From Felis catus (Eukaryota), in NCBI RefSeq assembly GCF_018350175.1, contig NC_058368.1, positions 184,452,001 to 184,516,000 of the forward strand: a stretch of 64,000 bases of DNA. The letters run 5' to 3'. Within the stretch, counting starts at the first letter, position 1. Each line of letters opens with the position of its first letter. The position numbers were made by a program, and so were the translations under genes. Positions 38,144 to 52,115 of this stretch are shown piece after piece. The notes beneath the pieces are model-generated. The model saw only the letters and a program-made list of their open reading frames with translations, made no database searches and had not been told where the DNA came from.

Positions 38144-39068
38144 ACTGGGATATCTTCTTTTAATGAATTTTATAGCAAGATTTCTGTCAAAGAATCTCAG
38201 AATTGAAAGTAATTTGTTCAACCCTCTATATATTTCCAGTGAAGTGGTCCTTTGCCTTCTGCATATACCTCTTTTGACTAAGAACTTGCTTTATGCAAGG
38301 TAGCCCATTTAGTTTGGGATTTATGTAACCATGACCATGGATTTTGACTTCTATAGTATGGTTGACTAAAAATTTTCAGTTATAAATTACAAAGAAATTC
38401 TAGAAAAAATATAACAAGCAGTCCTTCAAAAGCATACCTATGTGTATATGTTTTGTACCTGCCTTTGGATCTCCCAGGGACAAAAACTAAAAGAAAACTG
38501 GAAAGCAAAGGGACTGGCACATGAGCTGACTCCACAGAAGATGTATGGAGTGTTTCTGTTCTCATCACCAAGACCAAGGGACTGTGGATTTAATGATCAT
38601 GATGATACAGAAGAAGAAATATTATTATATAGATTCTCAGAAGAAGGCAAGACATTTCAATAGTTACTATATCAGTAAAGTGCTATTAAATGTTACTATT
38701 CCACAAATGGAACAAGGAGGTAGAAACAAATTTAAGGTTGAATTATGATGGGAAAGAAAAAAAAAGTCTTCTTTGAAAATTCATAAGCCAGAGGTTCAGA
38801 TTTAAACTATTTGCTTGATATAGACCCTACCTAGCTGAAATATTAACATTAGAAGGGCAATGATGATCATTACAGGTATTTGAGAGGTAAATAAATGCAA
38901 ACCTCCTTAAAAGATGAATTATTACAGATAAGGCCTTCTAACATTAAGCCTACATGTAGAACACAAAAGTTGCAGGAAGCTCAAGGAAACAACAGATCAT
39001 TAATAAAGTCAGCAGCCTCAACAAACACATGAAACTTCACATAATAAAGCTACAGACTTAAATATTTG

Positions 39069-39108
39069 TGTGTGTGTGTTTTCTTAATCTTTTTAATGTT
39101 TACTTATT

Positions 39109-39154
<46 letters not shown>

Positions 39155-39318
39155 AGTAGGGGAGGGGCAGAGAAAGAAAGGGAGACACAGAATCTGAAGC
39201 AGGCTCCAGGCTCCAAGCTGTCAGCACAGAGGCTTACGCGGGGCTTGAACTCATGAACCACAAGAGCATGATCTGAGCTGAAGTCAGACGCTTAACTGAT
39301 GAGCCACCCAGGTGCCCC
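39069..39318 (-). mobile_element. CAN-SINE with long (GA)n
   Basis: TSD cagacttaaatat at 39053 and 39319. Confidence 0.93.
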
Positions 39319-39329
39319 CAGACTTAAAT

Positions 39330-40392
39330 ATATTGAAATAATTATACTCATGACAAAAGAAAACTGAAGGTTTAAGTTACAGTTTTCAAAAAATAGTAAA
39401 ACAAAACAAAACACCTGGTAAAATTGAAAAAGAAACAAGCTTCTGAAAATAAAATAAAATCACTGAAAACAGATTTAGTAAACCATATAGGTTAAAAAAA
39501 ATACCTAGGAGTAAGCACACATAAATAGAAGAACATTTGGGGGGTGTCTGGGTGGCTCAGTCACTTAAGCATCAGACTTTGGCTCAGGTCATGATCTCAC
39601 AGTTAGTGGGTTCAAGCCCTGCGTCAGGCTCTGTGCTGACAGCTCAGAGACTGGAGCCTGTTCTGGATTCTGTCTCTCCCTCTCTCTCTGCCCCTCCCCC
39701 ACTTGCAGTCTGCCTCTCTCTCTCTCTCAAAAAAAAATAAACATTTTAAAAACTTAAAAAAAAATAGAAGAACATTTGGAAGAAAAGTTAAGAGATATAG
39801 AGGATAAAAATGAGAAGGTCTAATACATCTTTAATAGGAGTATACAAAGAATAGAATCCAAAAAAAAAAAAATGGGGAAAGGTGATATATCAAAGATTAC
39901 AACTGAGAATTTCTCATAACCATAAATGAGTTATTATTACTAAATGTAATAATCTTTAGCCTGAGAAAACATACAAAATACAGTAGAAGAAAAGTAAAAC
40001 AAAATCCACACTTGGATATACTGACTATAAAAACAAAGAATAAGTCTTAAAAGTGGCAAAAGAGAAAGAAACAGACTACTCTTTAAAAAAATGAGAATTA
40101 TATCTTTAATAAAATTTTCAGTAGCAACAATTAAGTCCAAAATATATTTAAGTATTAAAATAAATTATGGACAATTTTTACTCTTAATTGTTTTTCTAGA
40201 ATGAGGAAAAAAATGAAACAATTTTTAGTCAAAAATAAGAGAGAGAGAGCAGGAGAGAACAGTTTACTATAAGAACCATTACAGGATGTACTTCATGGAA
40301 GAGGAAGCTAAACTCAGAAGGAATCAGTAGCAGAAAAGGATGAAGAGAGAAGAAAGCCATGTGTGGATTGTTAAATCTAAAGAAGCACGGAC
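39330..40392 (+). mobile_element. Very old L1 ORF1-region remnant (appears to resume near 48640-48870)
   Basis: A-rich, gaaaagttaagagatatagaggataaaatgagaaggtctaatac; aactgagaatttctc. Confidence 0.55.
39539..39760 (+). mobile_element. CAN-SINE
   Basis: TSD aaatagaagaacattt on both sides. Confidence 0.95.
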
Positions 40393-43191
40393 TATAGGCA
40401 TATCATAGAGACACTGTGTGTTTGGTACCAGGTCACCACAATAAAGTAAATATGACAACAAAATGAATTACATGAATTGTCCAGTTGCCCAATGCATATA
40501 AAATGTATGCCTACACTATACTGTAGTCCATTAAGTGTGTAATAGCCTTAGGTATAAAAAACAATGTACATACCTTAATTAGAAACATACTACATTGCTA
40601 AAAATGCTCCTTATCATCTGAACATTCAGAGAATCACAATCTTTTCGCTGGTGGAGGGTCTTGCCTTAATTTTGATGTCTGCTGACTAGTTAGGGTGGTG
40701 GTTGCTGAAGGATGGGTGACTGTGGCAATTTCTTAAAATAAGACAATTAAATTGGTCACATCAATTGACTCTTCCTTTCACAAACCAATTCTCTGTAGCA
40801 TGCAAAACTGTTTGATAGTGTTTACCCACAGTAAAACTTCTTTCAAAATTGGAGTTCATTCTCTCAAACTGGTGTTGCTTTATCAACTAAGTTTATATAA
40901 ACATTAATCTCACTGTACAACTCCATCAGAGCTCTTGGATGGCCTGGTGCATTGTCCATGAGCAGTTGTATTTTGAAAGAAATCTTTTCTTCTGAGCAGA
41001 TCTCAAAAGCAGGTTTAAAATACTGAGTAAAACCATGTTGTCAATGGATATTCTGTTATTCAGGTTTGGTTGTTCCATGTATAGGACAGAGTAGATTTAG
41101 CATAATTCTTAAGGGTGCTAGAATTGTCAGAATGATAATGTGTACTGACTTCAACTTAAAGTCAATAGCTGCATTAGCACTTAACAAAAGAGTCAGTCTC
41201 ATCTTTGAAGCTTTGAAGCCAGGCCTTGACCTCTCTCTAGCTATCAAAGTCCTAGATGTCATCTACTTCTAATAAAAGGCTGTTTGCATCTACATTGAAA
41301 ATCTGTTGTTTAGTAGGAAAGATGGCGGCATAGGAAGATGCTGGGCTCACTGCATCTGGCTGATGGCTTAGATTCCACCCACATCTGCCTAAGTAACCCA
41401 GAAAACTGCCAGTAGACTAGCAGAACGGACTCTCCGGAACCAAGCATAAACAAGAGGCCAACAGATGAGGATAGGAAGGGCATAGAGGTGGTGCACACGA
41501 CACGGACTGGTAGGAGGGAGCTGAGGCGGTGGAAGGGCAGCCTGCCTGGCAAGGCAGAGCCCCTGAGTCTGGCTCACAAAAATGGAGGGGCCGGACTCCA
41601 GGAGTTCTGACAGCCAGCGGGACTGTTAAAAGTCAACAGCTCTGCTCAGAGAATGGGAGGGCGAGAGGACACTGGGAGGGAGAGTTGTTGAGCCCCGGAA
41701 GACAGAGCTCAGCTTGGCAGGGGAAAAAAGGTGCTGGGAAGCGGCATCTCCCTCTCCCATCCCCCAGCCGAAATTCCAGAGGGAACCAGTTCTCATCACC
41801 GAACTTCCTTGCACTGCGCAAATACCCAAGGCTGTGCTTCTGTGGATCCATCCCTCCGATGGGTCTGCCTCCCTCCAGGTGCTGCAGGGCCCCTCCCACA
41901 GGGAACCATCAATGGCAAAGCAAGCTAAGCCTGCCCCTCCCACCCCTGTGCACCTTGCCGATCCACCCTGGCTAATACACCAGATCCCATTGAAGCAGCA
42001 CCACAATCCTGGCAGTGGGGAAGTAGCCCAGACAGTGGCCACACGACTCCACAGTGAGTCCTACCCCTGGGAGAGGGGAAGGTAAGGTACACACAAGTCT
42101 GACTGTGGCCCAGCAGTGGGTTGGGGCAGACATCAGGTCTGACTGCAGCCCCGCCCATGAACACAAGTTACTCTGGACAGCACAGGGGAAGTACCCTGCA
42201 GTTTGGAACCACCCCAGGGACTACCCAAAATTACAAAACAGAAGAATTCTCCTCAAAAGAAACTCCAGGAAGTAGCAACAGCTAACGAATTGATCAAAAA
42301 CGATTTAAGCAATAAAACAGAACAAGAATTTAGAATAATAGTCATAAAATTAATTGCTGGGCTTGAAAAAAGTATAGAGGACAGCAGAGAATCTATTGCT
42401 ACAGAGATCAAGGGACTAAGAAATAGTCATGAGGAGCTAAAAAATGCTATAAATGAGGTGCAAAATAAAATGAGGCTGCCATAGCACAGATTGAAGAGGC
42501 CGAGGAGAGAATAGGTGAATTAGAAGATAAAATTATGGAAACAGAGGAAGCTGAGAAAAAAAGAGATTAAAAAAAATCCAGGAGTATGAGGGGAGAATTA
42601 GAGAACTAAGTGATGTAATCAAACAGAACAATATCCGTATAATACAAATTCCAGAAGAGGAAGAGAGAGAGAAAGGGGCTGAAGGTGTACTTGAACAATC
42701 AAAGCTGAGAACTTCCCTGATCTAGGGGAGGGAAAAGGCATTGAAATCCAAGAGGCACAGAGAACTCCCTTCAGATGTAACTTGAATCAATCTTCTGCAT
42801 GACATATCATAGTGAAACTGGCAAAATACAAGGATAAAGAGAAAATTCTGAAAGCAGCTAGGGATAAACAGGCTCCAACCTACAAAGGGAAACCCATAAG
42901 ACTAGTGGCAGACCTATCTACTGAAACTTGGCAGGCCAGAAAGGAATAGCAGGAAATCTTCAATGTGATGAACAGAAAAAAATATGCAGCTGAGAATCCT
43001 TTATCCAGCAAGTCTGTCATTCAGAATAGAAGGAGAAATAAAGGTCTTCCCAAACAAACAAAAACTGAAGGAATTCATCACCACTAAGCCAGCCCTACAA
43101 GAGATCCTAAGGGGATTCTGTGAGTGAAATGTTGCAAGGACCACAAAGTACCAGAGACGTCACTACAAGCATGAAACCTACAGACATCACA

Positions 43192-46100
43192 ATGAGTCTA
43201 AACCCATATCTTTCAAAAACAACACTGAATGTAAATGGACTAAATGCTCCAACCAAAAGACATAGGGTATCAGAATGGATAAAAAAACAAGACCCATCTA
43301 TTTGCTGTCTACAGGAGACCCATTTTAGACCTGAGGACATCTTCAGATTGAAAGAGAGGAGATGGAGACCTATCTATCATGCTACTGGAAGCCAAAAGAA
43401 AGCTGGAGTAGCCATACTTATATCAGACAAACTAGACTTTAAATTAAAGGCTGTAACAAGAGATGAAGAAGGGCATTATATAATAATTACAGGGCCTATC
43501 CATCAGGAAGAGCTAACAATTATAAAGGTCTATGCGCCAAATACAGAAGACTCCAAATATATAAAACAATCACAAATGTAAGCAACCTTATTGATAAGAA
43601 TGTGGTAACTACAGGGGATTTTAATACTCCACTTACAACAATGGATAGATCATCTAGACACAGGATCAATAAAGAAACAAGGGCTCTGAATGATACATTG
43701 GATCAGATGGACTTGACAGATATATTTAGAACGCTGCATCCCAAAGCAACAGAATAGACTTTCTTCCTGAGTGCACATGGAACATTCTCCAAGATAGATC
43801 ACATACTGGGTCACAAAATAGCCCTTCACAAGTATAAAACAATTGAGATCATACCATGTACACTTTCAGATCATAATGCTATGAAACTTGAAATCAACCA
43901 CAGGAAAAAGTCTGGAAAAACTCCAAAAGCATGGAGGTTAAAGATCACCCTACTAAAGAATGAATGGGTCAACCAGGCAATTAGAGAAGAAATTAAAAAA
44001 TACATGGAAACAAATTAAAATGAAAATACCACAATCCAATCACTTTGGGATCCAGTGAAGGAAGTCCTGAGAGGAAAATATATTGCAATCCAGGCCTATG
44101 TCAAGATACAAGAAAAATCCCAAGACAAAGTCAAACAGCACACCTAAAGGAAATAGAAGCAGAACAGCAAAGGCAGCCTAAACCCAGCAGAAGAAGAGAA
44201 ATAATAAGATCAGAGCAGAAATAAACATTATAGAACCCAAAAAACTGTAGAGCAGATCAATGAAACCAAGAGTTGGTTTTTTGAAAAAATAAACAAAATT
44301 GATAAACCTCTAGCCAGGCTTCTCAAAAAGAAAAGGGGGATGACCCAAATAGATAAAATCATGAATGCAAATGGAATGATTACAACCAATCCTTCAGAAA
44401 TACAAGCAAGTATCAGGGAATAGTATAAAAAATTATATGCCAACAAACTGGACAACCTGGAAGAAATGGGCAAATTCGTAAGCACCAACATACTTCCAAA
44501 ACTCAAACAGGAAGAACTAGAAAACTTTAACAGACCCATAACCAGTGAAGAAATTGAATCAGTTATCAATAATCTCCTAATAAATAAGCGTCCAGAACCA
44601 GATGGCTTCCCTGGGTAATTCTATCAGACAGTTAAAGCACAGATAATACCTATCCTTCTCAAGCTGTTCCAAAAAATAGAAAGGGAAGGTAAACTTCCAG
44701 GCTTATTCTATGAAGCCAGTATTACTTTGATTCCTAAACCAGACAGAGACCCAGCAAAAACAGAGAACTACAGGCCAATATCCCTGATGAATATGGATGC
44801 AAAAATTCTCAATAAGATACTAGCAAATCGAATTCAGCAGCACATAAAAAGAATTATTCACCATGATCAAGTGGGATTCATTCCTGGGATGCAGGGATGG
44901 TTTAACATTCGCAAATCAATCAATGTGATACATCACATTAAGAAAAGAAAAGAACCATATGATCCTGTCAATTGATGCAGAAAAAGCATTTGACAAAATT
45001 CAGCATTCTTTCTTAATAAAAACCCTCGAGAAAGTCGGGATAGAAGGAACATACTTAAACATCATAAAAGCCATTTATGAAAAGCCCACAGCTAATATCA
45101 TCCTCAATGGGGAAAAACTGAGAGCTTTCCCCCTGAGATCAGGAACACGACAGGGACGTCCACTCTCACTGCTGTTGTTTAACATAGTGTTGGAAGTTCT
45201 AGCATCAGCAGTCAGACAACAAAAGGAAATCAAAGGCATCAAAATTGGCAAAGATGAAGTTAAGCTTTCACTTTTTGCAGATGACATGATATTATACATG
45301 GAAAACCCAATAGACTCCACCAAAAGTCTGCCAGAACTGATACATGAATTCAGCAAAGCCGCAGGATACAAAATCAATGCACAGAAATCAGTTGCATTCT
45401 TATACACTAATAATGAAGAAACAGAAAGACAAATAAAGAAACTGATCCCAATCACAATTGCACCAAGAAGCATAAAATACCTAGGAATAAACCTAACCGA
45501 AGATGTAAAAGATCTGTATGCTAAAAACTATAGAAAGCTTATGAAGGAAATTGAAGAAGATATAAAGAAATGGAAAAACATTCCGTGCTCATGGATTGGA
45601 AGAATAAATATTGTTAAAATGTCAATACTACCCAAAGCTATCTACACATTCAATGCAATCCCAATCAAAATTGCACCAGCATTCTTCTTGAAGCTAGAAC
45701 ACGCAATCCTAAAATCTGTATGGAACCACAAAAGGCCCCGAATAGCCAAAGGAATTTTGAAGAAGAGTAAAGCAGGAGGCATCACAATCCCAGACTTTAG
45801 CCTCTACTACAAAGCTGTCATCATCAAGACAGCATGGTATTGGCACAAAAACAGACACATAGACCAATGGAATAGAATAGAGACTCCAGAACTGGACCCA
45901 CATAGTATAGCCAACTAATCTTTGACAAAGCAAGAAAGAATATCCAATGGAAAAAAGACAGTCTCTTTAACAAATGGTGCTGGGAGAACTGGACAGCAAC
46001 ATGCAGAAGGTTGAAACTAGACCACTTTCTCACACCATTCACAAAAACAAACTCAAAATGAATAAAGGACCTGAATGTGAGACAGGAAACCATCAAAACC

Positions 46101-47010
46101 CTAGAGGAGAAAGCAGGAAAAAAACCTGACCTCAGCCTCAGCAATTTCTTACTTGACACATCTCCAAAGGCAAGGGAATTAAAAGCAAAAATGAACTATT
46201 GGGACCTTATGAAGATAAAAAGCTTCTGCACAGCAAAGAAAACAATCAACAAAACTAAAAAGCAACCAACGGAATGGGAAAAGATATTTGCAAATGGCAT
46301 ATCGGACAAAGGGCTAGTATCCAAAATCAATGAAGAACTCACCAAACTCCACACCCAAAAAACAAATAATCCAGTGAAGAAATGGGCAGAAAACACGAAT
46401 GGACACTTTTCTAAAGAAGACTTCCCGATGGCCCACAGGCACATGAAAAGATGCTCAACATTGCTCCTCATCAGGGAAATATAAATCAAAACCGCACTCA
46501 GATACCACCTCAAAACAGTCAGAGCGTCTAAAATGAACAAATCAGGAGACTATAGATGCTGGAGAGGATGTGGAGAAACAGGAACCCCCTGGCACTGTTG
46601 GTGGGAATGCAAACTGGTACAGCCACTCTGGAAAACAGTGTGGAGGTTCCTCAAAAAATTAAAAATACATCTACCCTATGACCCAGCAATAGCACTACTA
46701 GGAATTTACCCAAGGGATACAGGAGTGTTGATGCATAGGGGCACTTGTACCCCAATGTTTATAGCAACACTCTCAACAATAGCCAAATTATGGAAAGAGC
46801 CTAAATGTCCATCAACTGATGAATGGATAAAGAAATTGTGGTTTATATACACAATGGAGTACTACGTAGCAATGAGAAAGAATGAAATCTGGCCTTTTGT
46901 AGCAATGTGGATGGAACTGGAGAGTGTCATGCTAAGTGAAATAAGTTATACAGAGAAGGACAGATACCATATGTTTCACTCTTATGTGGATCCTAAGAAA
47001 TTTAACAGAA
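43192..47010 (+). pseudogene. L1 ORF2 (endonuclease/reverse transcriptase), disrupted by multiple stops and frameshifts
   Basis: Split over ORFs 43120-43581, 44727-44975, 44959-45918, 46077-46484 and 46533-47069. Confidence 0.95.
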
Positions 47011-47209
47011 GACCATGGAGGAGGGGAAGGGAAAAAAAAAAGTTAGAGAGGGAGGGAGCCAAACCATAAGAGACTCTTAAAAACTGAGAATAAACCGAGG
47101 GTTGATAGGGGGGTGGAAGGGAGGGTAATGTGGGTGATGGGCATTGAGAATGGCACCTGTTGGGATGACCACTGGGTGTTGTATGGAAACCAATTTCACA
47201 ATAATTTTC

Positions 47210-47424
47210 TTTTTTTTTTTTAACGTTTATTTATTTTTGGGACAGAGAGATACAGAGCATGAATGGGGCAGGGGCAGAGAGAGAGGGAGACACAGAATCA
47301 GAAGCAGGCTCCAGGCTCTGAGCCATCAGCCCAGAGCCCGACGCGGGGCTCGAACTCACGGACCATGAGATCGTGACCTGAGCTGAAGTCGGATGCTTAA
47401 CCGACTGAGCCACCCAGGCGCCCC
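47210..47424 (-). mobile_element. Young CAN-SINE inside the L1 3' end
   Basis: TSD aataattttc at 47200 and 47425. Confidence 0.96.
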
Positions 47425-48415
47425 AATAATTTTCATATTAAAAAAAAGAAAATCTGTTTTTTATGTAGCCACTTTCATCAATTATCTTAGCCATGTCTTC
47501 TGGATAACTTGCTGCAGCTTCCACATCAGCACCTGCTTCTTAGCATTGCACTTTTATGTTATAGAACTGACTTCTTTAAATCTTACAATGCAACCTCTAC
47601 TAGTTTCAAACTTTTCTTCTGCAGCCTCCTCAGCTGTCACATCCTTCACAGAATTGAAGACAGTTAGGTCCTTTCTCTCGATTAGGCTTTGGTCTAAGGG
47701 AATGTTGTGGCTGGTATGATGTTCCATCCAGACCTCTAAAACTTTCTTTATAACAGCAATAATAAAAAAGAAAACTGTTTTGCTTTCTTATAATTTGTTT
47801 GTTCACCAGAGTAGCTCTTTTAATTTCCTTCAAGAACTTTTCCTTTGCATTCACAACTTGGGAAGCTGGTACAAGAGGCCTTGCTTTTGACCTATCTCAG
47901 CTTTTGATAGGTGTCCCTCACTAAACTAAATCATGTCTGCTTCTGATTTAAACTGAGAGACATGCGACTCTTCCTTTCACTTCAACACTTAAGAGGTCAC
48001 TGTAGGATTATCAACTGGCCTAATATCAATAATGTGTCCCATGGAATAGGAAGACCAGATGAAAGGAAGAAATATGGGAAAACAGCCGTGAGTGGAGCAG
48101 TAAATAGATGTTCACTGTCTTACATGGGTGTGGTGTGTGGCATCTCAAAACAATTACAATAGTAGCATCAAAGATCACTGATAAGGGATCACCATAGCAA
48201 ATATAATAATAAAGAAAAATTCTGAAATATTGCTAGAATTACAAAAATGTGACCCAGAGACAAAAAGTGAGCAAATGCTGTTGGGAAAAGGGCACCAAAA
48301 GACTTGCCCGACATGATTACCACAAACATTCCCTTTGTAAAAACAAACAAACAAAAAAATAAAAAAAATAAATGCACTATCTACAAAGCACAATAAAATA
48401 AGGAATGCCAGTATA

Positions 48416-48625
48416 TGCATTAGTCTGCTTAGGCTGCCCAAAAAAAATACCACAGACTAGGTGACTTAGACAACAGAAATTTATTTCTCATAGTTCTGAA
48501 GGTTGGAAGTCCATGATAAGGAGCTGCTGCATGGCTTTCTGATGAGATCTCTCCTTGGCTTGCAGAAGGCCATCCTCTTTCTGTGTCTTCACATGACCTT
48601 TCTCTGTGCGTACATACTAATGAAT
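48416..48625 (-). mobile_element. MaLR LTR fragment (MLT1A-type)
   Basis: tgcattagtctgcttaggctgcc...aacagaaatttatttctcatagttctg. Confidence 0.8.
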
Positions 48626-49371
48626 CAGACTTAGCCCAGAACACCCAATGGCATTCATAAAAGGGAAAACATGCAACCATATAAAGAAGATACTTGAAAA
48701 ATTACAGAAAACAAGCCATCATAGAGAAAAACGTAATACAAAGTGGATGCACTTAAAGCAGTTTGGTACCAATACAATCTAGGGTTAGACAGAAAAATAA
48801 ACACAAGAGAATTGAGTCCAATCATTAATTTAAATGCTAATGGAAATTTTTTCATGAGATATTTCATGTAATGAGAGAAAAGCTGAAGTTAATATGGTCC
48901 AGTGAGGCAATTGCGTAGTTTAGAAAAATGATTTCTAGAATGATGGAAAATGGTGGCTGAGATGTTTGTTCAGGAATACCTGGATGCTGACATTACTTCT
49001 CTTCTTTATGTGATAACATGGACCTAATGACATGGAGCATATACAGGAGGACTGGATGTTTCTATTTATTTCCATATATTGAAACGCCTAGTTGTGTGTT
49101 CTCATTTTATGGGAGGGTTCATAAAGGCAGAAAATCAAAAAGACCTAACTTGACAATAACTAAACTTCCCAAATCCAACTAACCCTAACTCTCTTCCCAC
49201 CCCACTGCCCCCCACCCCCTACATATTCTCCAGTCCACATGATAAGCACATGCAGTTTAGTTTAGGTATTAAAAAATCAACTAGAGCAAGTGCCAGAAAC
49301 ATTTTCTGTAAAAAAGCCAGTAATAAATATTTTTAGGTCTTGTGAACCAAGAGTCAAAATCAAGAACATTA

Positions 49372-49587
49372 GGGGCACCTGGGTGGCTCAATCGGTTAAG
49401 CATCTGACTTTGGCTCAGGTCATAATCTCATGGACCAAGAGTACAAGCCCTGCATCAAGCTCTGTGCTGACAGCTTGAAGCCTGGACCCTGCTTCGGATT
49501 CTGTGTGTCTCTCTCTCTGCCCCTCCCCCGCTCATGCTCTGTCTCTCTCTGTCTCAAAAATAAATAAACATTAAAAAAAATTTTAAA
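49372..49587 (+). mobile_element. CAN-SINE
   Basis: TSD atcaagaacatta on both sides. Confidence 0.95.
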
Positions 49588-51393
49588 TATCAAGAACATT
49601 ATGTGGGTAGTAATATAATAAGAGAAATTTTTTCATATTTTTTTACAAAATTCAAAACAGAAAAATTATTATGTATATTTTTTTATTAATAGAGATATAC
49701 AAAAGGAAAGAATGGAATTCTTATGAGGGAGAGATAATGTTTCACTTAAAGGGTGTTCAAAGTTGGCATCTCTATAATAAAAATCAGTTGCAAATATTTA
49801 TCTACTAATGCTGATCTGTAATGATATTTTACCGATTTCATCTTTAAAAATGTCTTTTTGCACAGATAGGTATTTTCAAATATCTATACTAATTCATGAG
49901 CATATAATTTTGAGGATATTTGTTATCTCAAAGACATTTATAAATTCTACTAGATACTTCTCTTGGTATTGTTTTTCAGCATGTCATGACAGTGCAGATT
50001 AGTCACTCCAATCAAATGTGAAACAGAAGCTCCTCAGTTGTCCATTTAAATGGATTTTGCAATATGGAAATTCTCTCTTCACTTGCAGTGAAGTCCAAAA
50101 CCTGCTACTAGATGTTTGGTTTGGGCTTGAAAAGTCTATCTGTTGTAAATGTGTGTGGAATTGAATATCTTACTTCTTGTTTTGATTCTTCATAGTATAA
50201 GAAGTATATAAAGAGCTTGACATGTGACTCAATGTTAGTTACTGTCAAAATACCTTTATGGCAGTATATATTTCAAATGTTAGTGCTGCTTTGCTTTATA
50301 ATTTTAGCTTTAATTCATTATACAAATTGTCAAGTCTTCACCAAAAGCAAATTAATTTCCAAAATGTGTAGGGTTCCCTAACAACTGAAGATGGTTCTCC
50401 TTATTTAAAAAAAACTCATTTTCAGTTTTAAGCTCAAGCAATTGCAATGAAACTTTACCCCTGATAAGTCACCAGACTTAACCTGCTGAGTGGTAGGGCA
50501 AACCAATTAAAAAAAAAAAAAAACTGATGATGAGTAAGAGTGAATAAAGTTCACCACTGATACTACCAGTTCAGTAACACATAATACATTAAAATATTTT
50601 TGGCAAAGTACCTGCCAATGAATAACATGATGAGTAACTATGGGCTTTAAACACTTCATATTTTTACAAGCTTTGCCCAACTAAACCTACTCCTACTATA
50701 CACATATTTTTGTCACCTTCAGTTATAACACATCTTTGCAGATTCCACTTAAGGAGGTACTGAATTAAAGTCTTTGAAAAAATTCTTATCTATAAATAAA
50801 TGTTCCATACTGACTAATTCTTCAGTCTCTTCAAACTTAGTGCTAGCTCCTCAAAGAAACAACTGAGCAATATGGTAACAGCTGTCAACTCACCAATAAT
50901 CACAGAAGTTCATTCAAAATTATTTGTCTTGTTTTATAATTGACTATTTACATTGTTCCAAGTGTTCTCAACTCTTTAAGCAACAGTTCTTGCTGAAAAA
51001 CTAACAGTCTTATACAAATTTTCTCTGAATACATTTCTTTGTTTCAATCAAACATAATTTACTTAACTCTCTATAAATAAGTGACTTTTCTTGCTTAGTT
51101 AACAAGTGGGCTATTCAAAATTTTATTTAGTTTGCAGCTTCTTGTTTAGTTATCACTGTTGTAAAGAATTTCTGATGAGATGAGATACACTCATAAATTT
51201 TTAAAATTTTCCTGCCCATAGCTTTCTTGTGCATTGGGGATATTGTGATGTGTGCTTATTCTGGTAATCTCACCATTTATTCTAACAGTCTTTTAGCAAT
51301 CTATATTGTCACTGCATAATATAAACAATGTGGGGCATCTATTCAATAATAAAGTAACTCATACTCCACTGTGCTTTAAAAGTATGATATTCT

Positions 51394-51575
51394 GGGGGCA
51401 CCTGGATGGCTCAGTTGGTTAAGTGCCCAGCTTTGGCTCAGGTCATGATCTCATGGTTCGTGAGTCAATGCCCTGCATCAGGCTCTCTGCTATCAGCACA
51501 GAGCCTGCATTCAATCTTCTGTTTTCCTCTCTCTGCCCCTCCCCACCTTTCTTTCAAAAATAAATAAAACCTTTT
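51394..51575 (+). mobile_element. Older CAN-SINE
   Basis: gggggcacctggatggctcag...; degenerate TSD. Confidence 0.92.
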
Positions 51576-51650
51576 AAAATGTGCTATTCTAATACTCTGT
51601 TTTTTCTTCAGATCACATAAATCTTTCGCCTTTTTTAAAATGTGATATTC

Positions 51651-52115
51651 TATATTAGTTTCCTGTGGCCACTCTAACAAATCACCACAAATTAAGTGCC
51701 TTAAGACAACACAACTTACTCTCTTATAGTTCTGGAGGGAAAAAGCCTGAAATAAGTCTTACAAAGCACTAAAATCAAGATATCACCAGAGCCAGTTCTT
51801 TTTGGAAGCTTTGGGAAAGAATCCACTCCTTGCTTCTTCCAGCTTCCAGAGTTGGCTGGAATTTCTTGGCTTGTGACTTACAACATTCCAGTATCTCCTT
51901 CTGTCACTACATCACCTTCTATGTCTGACTATGTCTACATCATTCCTATAAGGACTCTCATAATTATACTGGACACACCCAGATAATCTAGGATAATCTC
52001 TCCATCTCAAACTTCTTAATGTGATCACATCTACAGAATTCTTTTTGCCACATGAGGTAACATACAGGTTTCGGAAATTAGGACATGACACCTTTGAGAT
52101 ATTCAACCTACTGCA
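51651..52115 (-). mobile_element. MaLR solo LTR (MLT1B/C-type)
   Basis: tatattagtttcctgtggcc...ctggacacacccagataatctaggataatctc...attcaacctactgca. Confidence 0.85.

Larger units (their letters stand above)
41313..47447 (+). mobile_element. Full-length (~6 kb) carnivore L1, inactivated
   Basis: GC-rich 5'UTR starting aagatggcgg (YY1-like), ORF1 remnant from ~42230, ORF2 from 43192 with EN (NVNGLN, CCLQETH), RT (FADD at ~45274) and C-domain; TSD gaaaatctgtt(g/t)ttta at 41297-41312 and 47448-47463. Confidence 0.97.
40395..48411 (-). mobile_element. Tigger1 (pogo/Tc1-mariner) DNA transposon, decayed and split by a full-length L1 (arms 40395-41312 and 47464-48411)
   Basis: TIR-like ends taggcata.../...gaatgccag with TA flanks; transposase peptides NAKEKFLKEIKRAT (47854-) and SRTLIARE..PGFKASK.RLTLLL.ANAA.DFKLK (41262-). 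Confidence 0.92.

Noticed and set aside
38438..38581. Exon-like block with open frames on both strands
   Set aside because: Strand, frame and donor are all ambiguous, so it was left out of the exon list.
41310..42275. Many overlapping ORFs of 60-150 aa
   Set aside because: They lie in the GC-rich L1 5'UTR, where stops are rare.
51375..51650. Three similar copies of ttaaaa..tg(a/c)tattct around a SINE
   Set aside because: Best explained as a degenerate TSD plus a small local duplication; not a spacer array.
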